A stretch of DNA of 64,000 nt from Amoebophrya sp. A120 (lineage: Eukaryota; Protista; Dinoflagellata), in NCBI GenBank assembly GCA_905178155.1, contig CAJINV010000004.1, positions 2,246,391 to 2,310,390 of the forward strand, read 5' to 3'. Shown here in pieces: positions 42,101 to 55,100 of the stretch. The notes under the pieces were generated by a model. It had not been told where the DNA came from, did not search any database, and was given only the letters and a program-made list of their open reading frames with translations. The first letter of the stretch is position 1; the number at the start of each line of letters is the position of its first letter. The position numbers and the translations under genes were made by a program.

Positions 42101-45100
42101 CACGACAAACTGTGATCGACGATTACCAGTTGTGTCGCTGGTCCTGTGCCAGTCGTGGGGCATGTTCGGGTGTTCCGGGCAGTGCTCAGTGCACCCCTCG
42201 GACCCCGCACCCCCCCGGGATTTAGTTGCGCAGTCTGTTAAGCATGACAAATAAGGGGGAGGGGGAGGTGTGCACTGTCATAGCGCGCGCAGACGTAACA
42301 TGAGAGAGGACCGGTCCCGAGATCCGCCACCGCAAAGAGCGATGCGCCCTTCAAGGGCGGCCGATGTTGAAACCACAGCTCCGGCTGCTGCTGGCGGTAC
42401 TAGTACTTCCTCGACGGCCAGGGGCCTACCGCCGCCCGCCGCGCTGCTCGCGCTCAGCACCGCGGGGGCGGCTGCCGGCACGAGGTACTTATCAATAATT
42501 AAAGTACTTACCCACAGACAGTTTCTACGGGCGATTTTTCTCAACAAGCTGAGAATGGCATATATCAGTTCATTTTTCAGACCGTTCAGAAGAAATTCAG
42601 TTCAGAAGAAATTCTTCTTGCAGAAGATAGAGGTCATGAGACTCATAGGAAAAAATGAAGAAAATTCGAAAGAGTAAATGAATACTATCGTGCAGGCCCG
42701 GCTTTTACCCACCTACCGGGACGAGCACTTCTATCACCAGCCCGCCGGCACCAGTCGGACCCGGAGCGGTATTAAACTCCTCGGACGGAGAAGAACTTCA
42801 GCCACGACGAACTACACCGGTGAAGATTATTCGGACCTTCGAAGCTACCCTGCAACTCCCCGGCAGTGCGGGCACGGAGACGTTTGAATTTACCGAAGAA
42901 GAGATGGAGAGCATGACGGTGAAAGACCTGCGCGACCGACTCTCCGCTCGGCTGCGCGGGGAAGTGGTCAGGAGGGGCAGTAGTGACAGCCACGGGGTGG
43001 AAACGAGAGTCTACTCGGACAGAATAAAGCAGTCGGCCCTGAAACGCATGCAGTTTGAGGAGGTTTCGCGGCAGTATAGCAGTAAAATAAATGCTTCGTC
43101 GAGTGTGGTAGGTGCAGGCGGGGGCAAGAATGCGAAGAATCAACACAATCATTCGCGCACCGTCGACGCAGCAAACGCCGAAGCGGCCGAGGCCTTCCTG
43201 GAGCAGTTCCACCATTATGCGCCCAGGGAGGAGGAAGAATACGACAAAGCCATTGCCGCGGGGCGCACTGACGTGCCAAAGCCAAAAATGATTCGGTATG
43301 AAAATTTTTACTTTCAAGCAAATTTTCTCGCGTCGTGTGAGAATTGATTGTGAACCTTTGAGGTTGTAGTTGATACTCTAGTATCAGTACGGATAATCTT
43401 CTGTGCTAGAAGTTGCTTCGGAAGTTGTAGTAGATAACGCTAGATTCGTGAAGAAGAAGAAGAAGAAGAGGCATATCCTGATCATCCTCTTTGGATCACG
43501 ATTTATTTCTTGCTACATAAATTTAAATACACCAGGCTCGAGCTTTTGAAGGAACGATGGCAGGACAAGCTGTGGCAGTTTTTCCAGCCTGATCGACTGC
43601 ACTTGCTGCACGAGAGGTTCGATATCAAATGTAAAAATGTCTGGGTCTGGAAGGTTGGAGCTTGTGATGCTAACTCTGGACTCTAAAAAAATCTGTATTG
43701 CATGATCAGCGAACAGGAGTCTAGTTTGTGCTACACGGGGCGGGCATTTTTTGTCATGCGGAATCGGCATCAGGAAGCCCTCTAAAAATCTGTGATGCTA
43801 GGTCATGCATTACAGACATCCTGGGTCATGCAAAATATGCATGACAAACCCAGCAATCTTCCAGACCCAGACATTTTTGCAGTGATAATCGATCCAAACA
43901 CGCAAAAGCTGGTGAAACACGAAATCAAAAAAACCGCGGAGATATGGATTGCAAAAATGTCTGGGTCTGGAAGATTGCCAGGTTTGTCATGCAGATTCTG
44001 TATGATCCATGACGCCTGTGATGCATTATCTAGCATCACAGATTTTTAGAGGGCTTCCTAATGCCTATCCCGCATGAGAAATGCCGTCTGCGCGTAAGAC
44101 AAACTGGACTCCTGTTGCTGGTCATGCAATGCAGATTTCTTTGGAATCCAAAGACAGCACTACAAGTTCCAACCTTCCAGACCCCGACATTTTTACAGTT
44201 GATAGGAGAAGCGACTGCGAGACTTCGTAGCATTTGACAAGCCACCGGTGGTGGTGAACAAAACCGATGAGGCCGCTGACGAGGGCGACGTCACCACGGA
44301 AAAGTTCTTTCTGCAAACCATTTTCGTCGATTGGGGGCGGTTTCGGCTCAAGCTCGTACCTGCCGACATGACGCCGGAGGTCCGGATATCCTGTGTAAAG
44401 TAGACGAGTGCCCACCCAAAATCTTTTTCATGCAAATGTTGTTCTGCATGTGCCTGAAGTTGTGTTTCTTCTGCGCAGGCCGGTGAGGATAGCCTTTCCC
44501 TTTTCTCATGCTAAGTATCTGGGAGCTGGTTGTCACTATGCTGCAAGAAGCGTCGGGTGAGCGATTCGAAGATGCGGCTGGTGCACTGACGCTAGCTAAA
44601 CACGATGAGGCTCCTGCGATCCAAATGTTGTCCTGCGGAAGAGCCAACACATGAGGTTGTTGATTTGCATATTACAGGAAGGTCCCCATCATATTAGGTG
44701 AGTCTGGTGCAACAAAGTGGGCGACGTTTTTGCACAGGATACGCTAACCAGTTGAAAAAGCGACGCGAGAGCTTGCTCTGGGGAAAAAACTCTCACATGT
44801 CGCACTTCCAGGCCATGCGGATCCTGCAGGAATTCCCCGAGCTTTTGGTTCCCGATAGTTCATCGTCCACCGGGGTGGAAATTACGGAGGAGAAGTTGGA
44901 AGAAAAAGTGAGGGAGCTGAACACCTCGCTGGACCCAGTCACAAAGGAGCGGGACGAGAAACGAGTTTTGCTGAAAAAAGCCCTGTCTGACTGGAAAACC
45001 GTCTTGCACCCCGGCTACCAGCAGGTGTCCCGGCAGCACAGAACTCACAGAACTCCGCAAGTGCAACAACTGCTGGACGCAAAGTACCGACTGCCCAAAT

Positions 45101-47427
45101 CGCTGCACGAGTGGCTGCTGACGACCAATCAGCAAGGGAAGAAGACCTGGAGCCAACTCGCGCTAAACAACATCTTTTCGGACATCCACGCGACGCAAAA
45201 AGTGTTCATGCGACGAGGTGGTGGAGGACAAGCACAGGGGGCGTCGTCATCTCATAATAGTAGTAATTTTCAGGGCGGTGGTGCAACTAGTAGTTCCTCG
45301 GTCGCAGGAGCTGCTGGCTCAATGGGACACCAAGCGGGTGGTCGCCGGCTGCCCACTGCAGAGCCGGACGAGGAATCCGAGCCGATGGCGACAACAGGAG
45401 GGGTTGTTGCCGCGGCGTCTGCGGCACAACAGTCCGCTCCCCCGTCGGGATCTCACAAGAGGTCCAAGTCTGCGAAGCGGCGCAGTCGGGAACAGAACGC
45501 GAAAAGGCGTTCGAAGGAACAGGTATCGCAAAACGCAGAGGAGGAAAGTAGAAGTGGAAGAAGCGCAATGTCAATTTCATCTGCTCCTTCGACTTCGAGG
45601 CAAGAGCCGGATAACAACTCGGAAGAAACCGCCACCCCGGAGGAGGTTCTTGCCATGGAAGTAGATGAACAAGATGTTGGTGCAAGAACAGACAAAAACC
45701 GGACCGGGACTGCCAATGCGCAGCAAAGGGCGTCTCGGCCGCGCGGAAGGGAACCCGTACGAGCGACAGGAGCAGCTTCGTCCCAACAGCAGCAACTTGT
45801 AGCTCCTCCCGTGGAAGTTGTAGATGATGATGCTGACGACGACGATAAAAACGACACACCACAGCAACAAGCACACGAAGAACAACTACATCAACCTCGT
45901 TCATCCGCCTTGACAGCAGTAGACCAGCTGAGAGCACATTTGTTCGCGATGTGGCAAAAGGAGAAGCCGGAATCTCTACTCGTAGAAGCGGAGAAGGTAC
46001 TGCATCCGTGGAGCGAAAAGTTTATGCACTGCAAAAATGTCTGGGTCTGGAAGGTTGGAAGTTGTCATGCTAAATCTGAATCATGCAAAAATCTGTGCTG
46101 CATGATTACCACATGCTGTCCCCTTTTGATCAAGTTCAGAGGCAGTTTCCCATGCAGGATAGGCATGATAGTTATCTCACGGAATCTGTCATGCTAGGTC
46201 CCGCATTCCAGACCTCATGGGTCATGGAAAATCAGCATGACAAGTTTACATTCTTCCAGACCCAGACGTATTTGTTTTTCATAGAGCTGGGCGGCCTGCA
46301 ATACGAGGAGGACGTCGCAGATTGGCAGGAGTGGGTAAGAGAGGTGCTCTACGAACCCAGGAAACAGAAGGTGAAGCAGGAGAAAAAACAAAAGAAAGGG
46401 AGTGCAGCTGCCGCAACTGCAGGAGGAAGTAGTAGCATTGGCAAGTATCAGGACGACGGTAATAATGTTGATATCCTGTGCAAATAAAGCATGGCACTGG
46501 TGTGGAAGGTCGCAACTACTACCCTGAATGTTGACAGTAATGTACTTTCCATTATACCGAGGTATGCTTATGCATGGATCAAATTTTGGGCATGGAAATT
46601 CTATTTTCTTTCTATCATGATGGAAGAGCCCTTGTCATGCGAGTTTGCCTTAGTGCGTTGCTTTTGCTTTTGCGATGCATAAACGGCAATGACCAGCAAC
46701 TCGAAGCGGAAAAAGCCTACTTGAAGGAGGTGCTGAATGTTGCGTCAAAACTGAAGAAACAGCTGCCGATGCGAAGTAAGTTTCTGATTTCCATATGAGA
46801 AAAATTGTCTTATTTTCAACCCGTCTTTCGGGATAAGTTGCCCCTTTTAATACGTGGCCTTTGTTCCTGTCATCGATTTGATAGATACAGAGCTTTAAAA
46901 ATATTTTGTGCATGATCTTCTTCCCGTTCATCTTGGAAGGAAGTTCTTCTCCTGGTGCTCCGAAAAATTGATATAAATCTATCTATCAGGGAGTAGATCG
47001 CAAGCCCGCTCGAAATCCCGGGATCGGGGTGTAGGTCCGGAGCGAGGTGGTCGCAATCCGCGGGAGCCGTCACGAGGTCGCGTGGCGCAGCGAGAAAGAG
47101 CAGAAAGACGGCAGATGCAAGAAGAACAAGACGCAGAAGATGACGCGGTATGTTTTTTTCGGTTGGAGTGCAACTCGAAGAACTTTTTGCGCCACATTAT
47201 GACAAATAAAAAAGATCCTTTTTGTTCCATCAGGAGAAATAAAAGCTAAACCGCACAATACTATAAACACAAAGGTTCTCGACGCGGCCGAAGCGCAGGC
47301 AGCACAGGAACGCACTGGGACTTTTGCACCGAGGGCGCTCTTGCAGAAAGTTGGTGGTTGGTTCGGTAACTTAAGAGGTGGCGGAACTGACGACAGTAGT
47401 CGAGGAGGAAATCTTCCTGCGCCGTAA
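36130..47427 (+). CDS. Very large hypothetical Gln/Ser-rich protein
   Basis: Frame followed from ATG 36130 (MRNFLLHTLCSV) through ORFs 36671, 37547, 41709, 42820 and 44698 to TAA 47425-47427 using 10 introners and about 7 GT-AG introns. The last exon is uncertain. Confidence 0.55.
36216..36527. mobile_element. Introner, singleton family F
   Basis: ~40-bp IR containing GTGTCAGGATTGAAATCGACAGAGTTGAAATAA; DR ACCGG/GCCGG. Confidence 0.85.
36585..36848. mobile_element. Introner family A
   Basis: A-type TIR; DR GTGCC. Confidence 0.9.
41099..41353. mobile_element. Introner family A (reverse orientation relative to the 17250 copy)
   Basis: A-type TIR; DR CAGCT. Confidence 0.92.
41388..41698. mobile_element. 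Introner family B
   Basis: B-type TIR; DR CGCCC. Confidence 0.92.
41919..42282. mobile_element. Introner, singleton family G
   Basis: TATGACAGTGCACA...TGTGCACTGTCATA; DR GCGCG. Confidence 0.88.
43623..43887. mobile_element. Introner family A
   Basis: A-type TIR; DR TTCGA/ATCGA. Confidence 0.9.
43943..44204. mobile_element. Introner family A (inverted relative to its neighbour)
   Basis: A-type TIR; DR GGAGA. Confidence 0.9.
44387..44741. mobile_element. Introner family C-like
   Basis: TATCCTGTG...CACAGGATA; flanking 5-mers diverged (CCGGA/CGCTA). Confidence 0.8.
46023..46283. mobile_element. Introner family A
   Basis: A-type TIR; DR AAGTT/GAGCT. Confidence 0.85.
46472..46681. mobile_element. 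Degenerate short introner
   Basis: TATCCTGTGCAAA...TTTGCGATGCATA; DR essentially lost (GTTGA/AACGG). Confidence 0.7.
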
Positions 47428-49132
47428 TTTTGTAGATTAAGAGTTCCGCGACGAGTGGTTGTTCAGGGTCTTGCTTTTTCAAAATGATCTATAATCATTC
47501 TACTGAATTGCAAATCTAGCAGGTTGCGCAGCTGCTGTGACGAGCAAACGCGCAGCGATATAGTTACGATAAGATTTTTAAACTTGAAAGCATGCGCATA
47601 CAAAAATGCACAAGCGTCTTAATACAACTTTTACAACAATGAACGAGAGGGATAAAAATGAGAAAGATACTGTAGCTGTAAAGGATACAAGCACAACATC
47701 AACAATGAACCGCGCTACTAGAAGATGAACCGCACGGGATCATCATCATTCTGCAGTAGTGCTCTGCTTGCTACTCGAGCTGCTGGGCAGAATTTTTAGG
47801 AACACTATCACTGCCCTAAATTCAAGGAGCGACGACCAAGGCGGTGAGCTATGCATATGATAAGTACAACCATAAGTCTGACGAAGGGAAAGAGCCACCT
47901 GCTGGCGCCCATGCCTCTTGGGCTCATCATACGACGTCAGAGGTGAGGTGAGGCCACTTGCATCTTCAGGTAGTTTTTTTTTATCTGCAGGCTTGACTTC
48001 TTCTTGTAGAAGACAGTCAGCCAGAGTCTGTTTAAGTACTAGACTACCTTCGTCAATATTGCTTTTCTACGCACAGCATGTCTTCCATAAACACCTTTTT
48101 GGTTTTTCTCCGTTATTTATGTTTTTTGTCTGAGAATTTAGCAAAGCCCCTGAAGTAGGAAAACAGCACTGGCCACGCGCCAGTTAAGAATAAAGAGGTA
48201 CGTCAAGAACTGCTCATCATAAAATTATTTGCATCTATTTTGCGCGCTTGCACGTGCATTGGATTTATGAGGTTTTTAGTACAAAAAATCAGAACACGGT
48301 GTAGCTCCATCATTTTTGTTGCGAAGCATGCGAAACGTATTTTTCTGTGCTCAAGATAAAGATGAAGATGAACCACTTCATCAACTTTCAGGTTTCACCT
48401 TGCGAAAAGAAAATTGCAGACAGATCGTGGTGGCGCCGTTCTTGCATTTTTGCTACGCAGGGCTTCTACTATGATCCAAAGCAGGAGCAAAGCACCTTTA
48501 TCAATGTTCCTGTTTCCACTTGGATGGTTTTCATTGCATGTTTTTCAGTTCAGTCGTACAAGAAATGTGACTTTGATAGTTCTTTTTGTCACAACTCGGT
48601 TAACAGATGCAGCGACAAAAGTTCTCGAGCCATTAAATTTCTATGTCTAGTACTTCTTTGTGTGCCATCAACGACATGTTGAATCGCATCGGTAGTTGTA
48701 CTCCATCGCGTCTCCGTGTCCGTCCATCTGATCGTGCTTGTGGTATAATGTTCGTTTTTCGTTCAATTTTGTCGTTCAACTTAACCATTTTCGTCCGCAT
48801 CGTTTCCGTTTGTCTGTCTTTTTGCAACCTGGTGACCAGGTGGCTGTCGTCAACAAAGAAATGCCTCGTGCTGTTTTTCATCTTCATCGTGTTTCATCAA
48901 CATTGAATCTACACGTACACTTCGATAATCAGTTCATTTTCTACCCCAGTAGTACCACTTACCCGCTTTGAATTCTTTATTTTCTTTACGCCCAATGCCA
49001 ATATAATTTAAATTTTCTGTGAATTTGACAACCCCGTATCTGTGATGAAGGCCGCCCATTTATTATTGTACTATTGTTGCGTAGAAATCAGTTCGCATTG
49101 GTAGGTTTTGCGTATTGATTGTATTCAGGACG

Positions 49133-52100
49133 ATGCCCGAGCCCGACGAGGGGGAGGCACAGATGAACATTACAGCCAAGAACCCAACTGAAGGGCAGGG
49201 TGACGTGGTCGACCAGGAGATGACAACACCAGGTCCGCAAGAACACCAGGTCGTCCAAGAGCAGCAGGGCATGGCCTTTGCGAGTCTGCTGCACAGTCAG
49301 GATATTTTGCAGCAGGAGGAGGAAGAGAAGTTAATAGCAGTAGCACGAGCGTCATCGAAGGAAAGAAAGGTAGCAGAAGGCGAGGACGAGCACACGGCTG
49401 AGACAGTTGTACGAGAGCCTTCACCGGATGAGGGCCAGCAGGATGAAAAGCAAAATGCAGGATCTTCCCCGACTTTGATCGACATCGACGTCGGGGCCAT
49501 GCTGGGCCCGATCTTGGATCACCTCGACGAGGAAGAGAAGGAGGTGAAGAAGCAGGTGCAGATCGCGGAAGTCGAGGAGGCAAAGACCACCGCGAATACT
49601 AGTAAGTCTGGTCGGCTGGCCGGAACAGCAGGCTTGTCCATTTTGGGGCGGTGGAAGAAGAAGGTGCGCCAACTGCAGATGGGCATGCGGGTGGCGAAAA
49701 CCCTGGATGAGCTGCACCAAGCGGTGAGACAGAAAGACCCCGTGCTTTTGAACCAGATGGCGCCGTTGCAACGGCTGATCACGCAGGGGTCGGAGAAAAT
49801 GATCACCGAGGTGGCGACCGCGGTGCCGAAGGACGACTTGTTCCGAAAGAGAGGGGACGAGGATATCAAATGCAAATATGTCTGGGTCTGGAAGATTGGA
49901 AGACTTGTCATGCACATTTTGCATAACCCATGATGTCTGTGATGAATGCGGTAGCATCACAGTTTTTCTGAGGGCCTCCTGATGCCTATACCGCATGAGA
50001 AATGCCCACTCGGCGTAGCAAAGACACGACTTCTCTTGCTGCTTATGCAATACAGATTTTTTTAGAATCCAAGGACAGCATGACAGGTTGCATCCTTCCA
50101 GACCCAGACATATTTGCAGTGCATAGAGGAGGTTGAGAAGCAACTCCTGCTGGACGCGCAAAACGTCGACATCCTGGACGTGCTCCAGGAGGTGGAGATT
50201 TCCGACCACCAGAAACAGATGGAGATGATTGACAAGCGGGGACGGCAGGCCGCGAAGGAGGAGCGGAAGCGGCAACGGCAAGCGAAGTACAAGCAGCAGG
50301 CGCAGGATAAAGCACTAAAAGTTTTATTCTTCGACCAGAATCACCATCCCTATCAAATGTAAAAATGTCTGGGTCTGGAAACTTGTAATGCTGCGTTGGG
50401 AAAAGTGAATGCTCTGTAATGCACGGGCAAGCATGAGACATCTCTGCGCTTCTTTGTGTTGCGTTTTTCGCATGACAAACTGCGTTTTTGCATGACAGGC
50501 AACAGGGTCTCTTCTTGGACACGCATCACAAGCTTTGTGGTCCTGCCAGACAAGCATGACAAATCTCGCAATTTTCCAGACCCAGACACTTTTACATTTG
50601 ATAATCCCTACCGCCGGTCAAAATCCACCGGGACCTCGAAGTCCTCGTTGGATCTCGGCACGGAGGAAAGTAGGGACTCCTCGGAAGAAAAGATGAGAAC
50701 AACCGGAGCTTCTCCTGCGCAAGAACAACCGCATCAGTTGACGGGGAGCCACCGTGGCACGCACCCAAGCACGACGGACAGCTCGTTTCAGTCCATGCGG
50801 AGGAAGTCGAAGGACCTGCTCGCGCAACAGCAGGATTACGTCGTGAGGCCGCGGAAGAACAGCCGGGACCGGCAGGTTTCGGGGGCGGCGTACCCGGACC
50901 CAAGGGAGCCGTTTCCCGTCACCCCCGAGGAGAAGCGGAAAGCGCGGTTGTGGCGGATTTTCAAGCGGTCGGAAGACGCCAAGGTCTCCGTGGCGAAACA
51001 CAATTTGCGCGCGAAGCTGCAGAACAAGCCGCCCGCCCCCGGCGGCGTGGCGGACTTCCGGAAGGGCGCGAAACGCAACCTGCCCTTCCCCCGCGACGCG
51101 ATCGCGCGGGCGGCACTGACAAACTTAACGTACCAAAACGAGCTGATATCCAAGAAAAACTCGCTGCAAAACAACCTCGGGAAGGTATCAAACCGAAAAA
51201 TCCCCCCTCCCCATATCGAAAACGAAATTTGCGATGCTGGATTTGAGTACACAAATCGACTTGTAATGCTGGAAGGCCAAGAGCCGCAGTTGTGGCCTCG
51301 GGTGCAGGCAATTTGTCATGCTGTTTTCCACTTCCAGTTGCTCTCTGTCATGCTGAAGGCGCAAGGCTTTCCCACGCCAACCAGCACCACGCTCCGCATG
51401 TCTTTCCTTCTAGCATGACAGAGCTGATTTGTCACCACAAATCTGCATCACAAATTTCTAGTTTGGGGTGGGGGGATTTTTCATTTTTATAGAAGGTGAT
51501 TGCGCGGCCGGAGCAGTTCCCGTTCACGTCGGAGGAGCTGGAGCTGGCCGGGTTATCAAACGTAAAAATGTCTGGGTCTGGAAGAATCCGAACTTGTGAT
51601 GCTGCATTTGGATTCTAAAAAAATTTTTATTGCATGACCAGCAAAGGATATGCAATTTTGGCTACGCGGCGAGAGCATTTGTCATGCGGAATACGTATCA
51701 CGAAGCCCTCAAAAAGTCTGTGATGCTTGGGCATGCATCACAGACATCGTGGCCCATGCAAAACGTGCATGACAAGTTTCAGAATCTTCCAGATCCAGAC
51801 ATTTTTACATTTGATACGGGTACGGGGAAAACGAAAACGCGGAGACGAACCCCTTTCCGGATGTGCTGCACAACATGTCGGGGAGTAATTCCACGATGGG
51901 GGGTAATATAGGCGCGCAGCTGGGGTCCTACATGGAGACCAACTTTGGAGACGAAAATATTACTACCCATTCGGTTGTTCAACATGACCTCGAGAAGATG
52001 TTGGAACAGCAGGCACACGCCCACGAAGCAGGTCTGAGCGGACCAATGTCCGTCGATTTGGAGCAGTTCCGGGATATTTCCTTGCAGTCCCTGGACCCCT

Positions 52101-55100
52101 CGGAAATCATGCCGGCTGCTGTTGCGGCCACGGTCACCCAGCAGGCGGAAAAGCTGCAGGAAACGCTGCGGAAGAAACCGGCAAAGAGGCTGCACAAGGA
52201 CATGGTGCAGGAGTCGCAGGCGCGGTCGCCTTGGTCGCCACTGCCCAAAACGGACGTAGAGGAGATTCTGCTGGAACAACAGAAAGCGAAAGCGAACACG
52301 GGCATCAACCTGTACCACCCCCTGGCGAACCCGACGGACCGCTTTTTGCCCAGCTTTCTCTTCCCCCACCCGGCGGTCCACGGGGACTACGACTTTTTTC
52401 ACGAAGACTTGCCCTATCTGATTCAGAAGCAGCAGCTATCCAATCGATGGAGCAAAAGTCGTGCGTTTAAAATGATCGCATGGTCGTATGAATTGCATAG
52501 ATAAATGATAGGCAAAAACATGAAAATGATCCCTTTTCCTTTACTTAAAACTCGTTTTAGAATTACATCAACAATAAATAAAAATGCAATTGGTACTAAG
52601 TGCGATTATACCGATACATCACGTACTAGTACTTTTGCAATGCATAGCAGCACCAGAAGCACGACCTGGAGGACCACGAGTACTTGATTCTGCCCATGGC
52701 CCGGTTTGCTAACGAGCCTTTGGTCGGCGAAAACCGGGTGCGCTTGGTTTTGTCGAAACTGGAAAAATTCCCGATGCTCCGGAAGAACAACGGCATGTCC
52801 CTGCTACCCCCACTACACAAGAACATCCCGAAGGCGCCGAAGAAGAAGCCGAAGATCTTCCCCCCGAAGGGCGTCGCGGATATGTTGAGGAAGCGGAGGG
52901 AGAAGCCGCACGTAACCCACCCGCTGGCGATCTACCACGACGCGGTCGTGGCGATCGAGGAGCGGTGTAAGGCCATGAAGGAGGAGTGCCGGAACAAGCT
53001 GAAGGAAAACCAGCTGCGTTCGCGGCGGATTTGCATCAAGAACGCGCAGCTGCCGCATTCCCGGCGCCGGCAGGTGTTGAAGCAGATCGCCTGCAAGCGG
53101 TCGGAGTTGAAGAAGCGACAGTTTTTGGCCGTGAAGCCCGTGATCAAAGCTGCCGACCCGCCCCCGAAAAAACCCGGGAAGGCGGGCGGCCGCTGGCGGG
53201 CGGGCTTCGCGAAGATCACGGGCAAGATATCCTGAGTAAAAACGTCCCCATTGTACCAGAGTCAAGATGGGGAATCGGCTAGACAAGTCCACGAGTTTTG
53301 GCTGTTTTGCATGACAAATTCGGAGTCGCAGTGTAGTGCTGTTTGAGGTAGTTCAGTAGCATCACAGATCTAGTGCATCACGCTGATAGGCGCATTACAA
53401 ATTCTCGAACACGACCAGAAAATGCTTCTCATGTGTCTCCGCATGACAACCATTTTGAGCATGCCGATTTGCATGACAGCTCTGGGGTCGTGGGGACGTT
53501 TTTACACAGGATACAAGATGCCGCCGACGGAGCGGCCGAGTTCGGGCGGCGGCAAGAAGTCGCTCTTCATGGCCGCCTTCACGGACCGGGCCGACAGCGA
53601 CGAGGAGCCCATTGAGGACGTGGAAGTAAAACCGGACACGCGGCTAGAATTGGACAAGCTCGAGTCCGTCGACAGCACGACCGTGACCGCGCTGTTGAGT
53701 CCGCGATACGACGGTTCAACCATGAACCAGGTGGTGCGCCCGGCGGTGACCAGCGGGCCCAAGAACAAGCACGCGTGGCCGCTGCCGGAGGAATCCAACC
53801 TGACCGTCACCCCCTCGACGCAATTCTACCGGGACTTGACCCTGCAGGGCCCCTGGTACCAGGGGGGCATGTCGCGCGTGATTCAGACCATGCAAAACGA
53901 GCAGCCCCAGAACACGAACGCGGGTGTGGATGCGGCGAATCTGCTGAAGAAGCAGGACAAGCACCAGCTCCGGGAGTACTCCATCAAAGACACCGCGGAC
54001 TGGTATCCTGAGTAAAATCGTCCCCACCCCGATCCCAGAGTTGTGATGCAAATGTGCAATGACAGCAACATTTGTAATGCGCAGTTCCATGAGAGGCATT
54101 TCCAATCGTGTTTTGGAATTTGTAATGCCGTAAACAGGATGAGAAAATGGCTTTCTAATGCGGCTCCCCTTGCCAACCACCACTACACTGCAGAGCGAAA
54201 CTTGTCATGCACAGCTCCCAAAACTTGGAGACTTGCGTTGCTAGATTCCCAACTTGACTATGGGGTGGGGACGTTTTTGCTTGGGATAACTGGCGCATCC
54301 TGTTCGACTGTTTCTACCCGAAGGATCGGACGAAAAAGCCGCGGAAGCACCCGATCCTGATCCGTACGGAGCAGACGACGAACGCGAGGTTGATGTTCTC
54401 GGAGACGCTTTCGATGGTGTTGCGGTCTTTGCATTTGCACCCACTCGGGGACACGAAGCAGATGCACTTACAGGTAAAGGAGCTGGTGGAGTACCGGGCA
54501 AACGCGGCCAGGATGCAGCTGTCGAAGATTTTCAAGAAGGAAGTGAAGCAGAAACCGACCAAGTGGAACAAAGACACCTTCACCACCACTATGCAGATGT
54601 TCCAGCAAACCGAATCGCCCGCGATGTTCGAGCAGGCGCAACTGAGCACCGACTGGTACACTGGGCCCCGGGACAAGCAAGCGTCCCTGCCCACGAGCAA
54701 GGAGGTCCGGCGGGTGCTGGCGCGGCAACTGGACTACTACGTCACGTGCACGGACGAGTTTATCGACGCGTTTCGACAGGATTTTCCGCCGCTGGACGAG
54801 GATACCCAGGCCATGCTATGGTGAGCAAAAACGTCCCCACCCCAGAGTCAAGATGGCAAATCTGCTTATACAAATCAACCAGCTTTGGCTGTTGCGCATC
54901 ACAAATTTGGGCTCGCAGAAGTATAGTCGTGTTTAGCTAGTGAAGCAGCATCACAGCTCTAGCATACCATGCGGATGCGAGCATCACAAATCGCAAAACA
55001 CCAGCAAGGCCTGCTTCTCATGGGTCTCCGCATGAGAAACATTTTCAGCATGCAGATTTGCATTACAACTGTGGGTTGGGGACGTTTTTACAAATGATAT

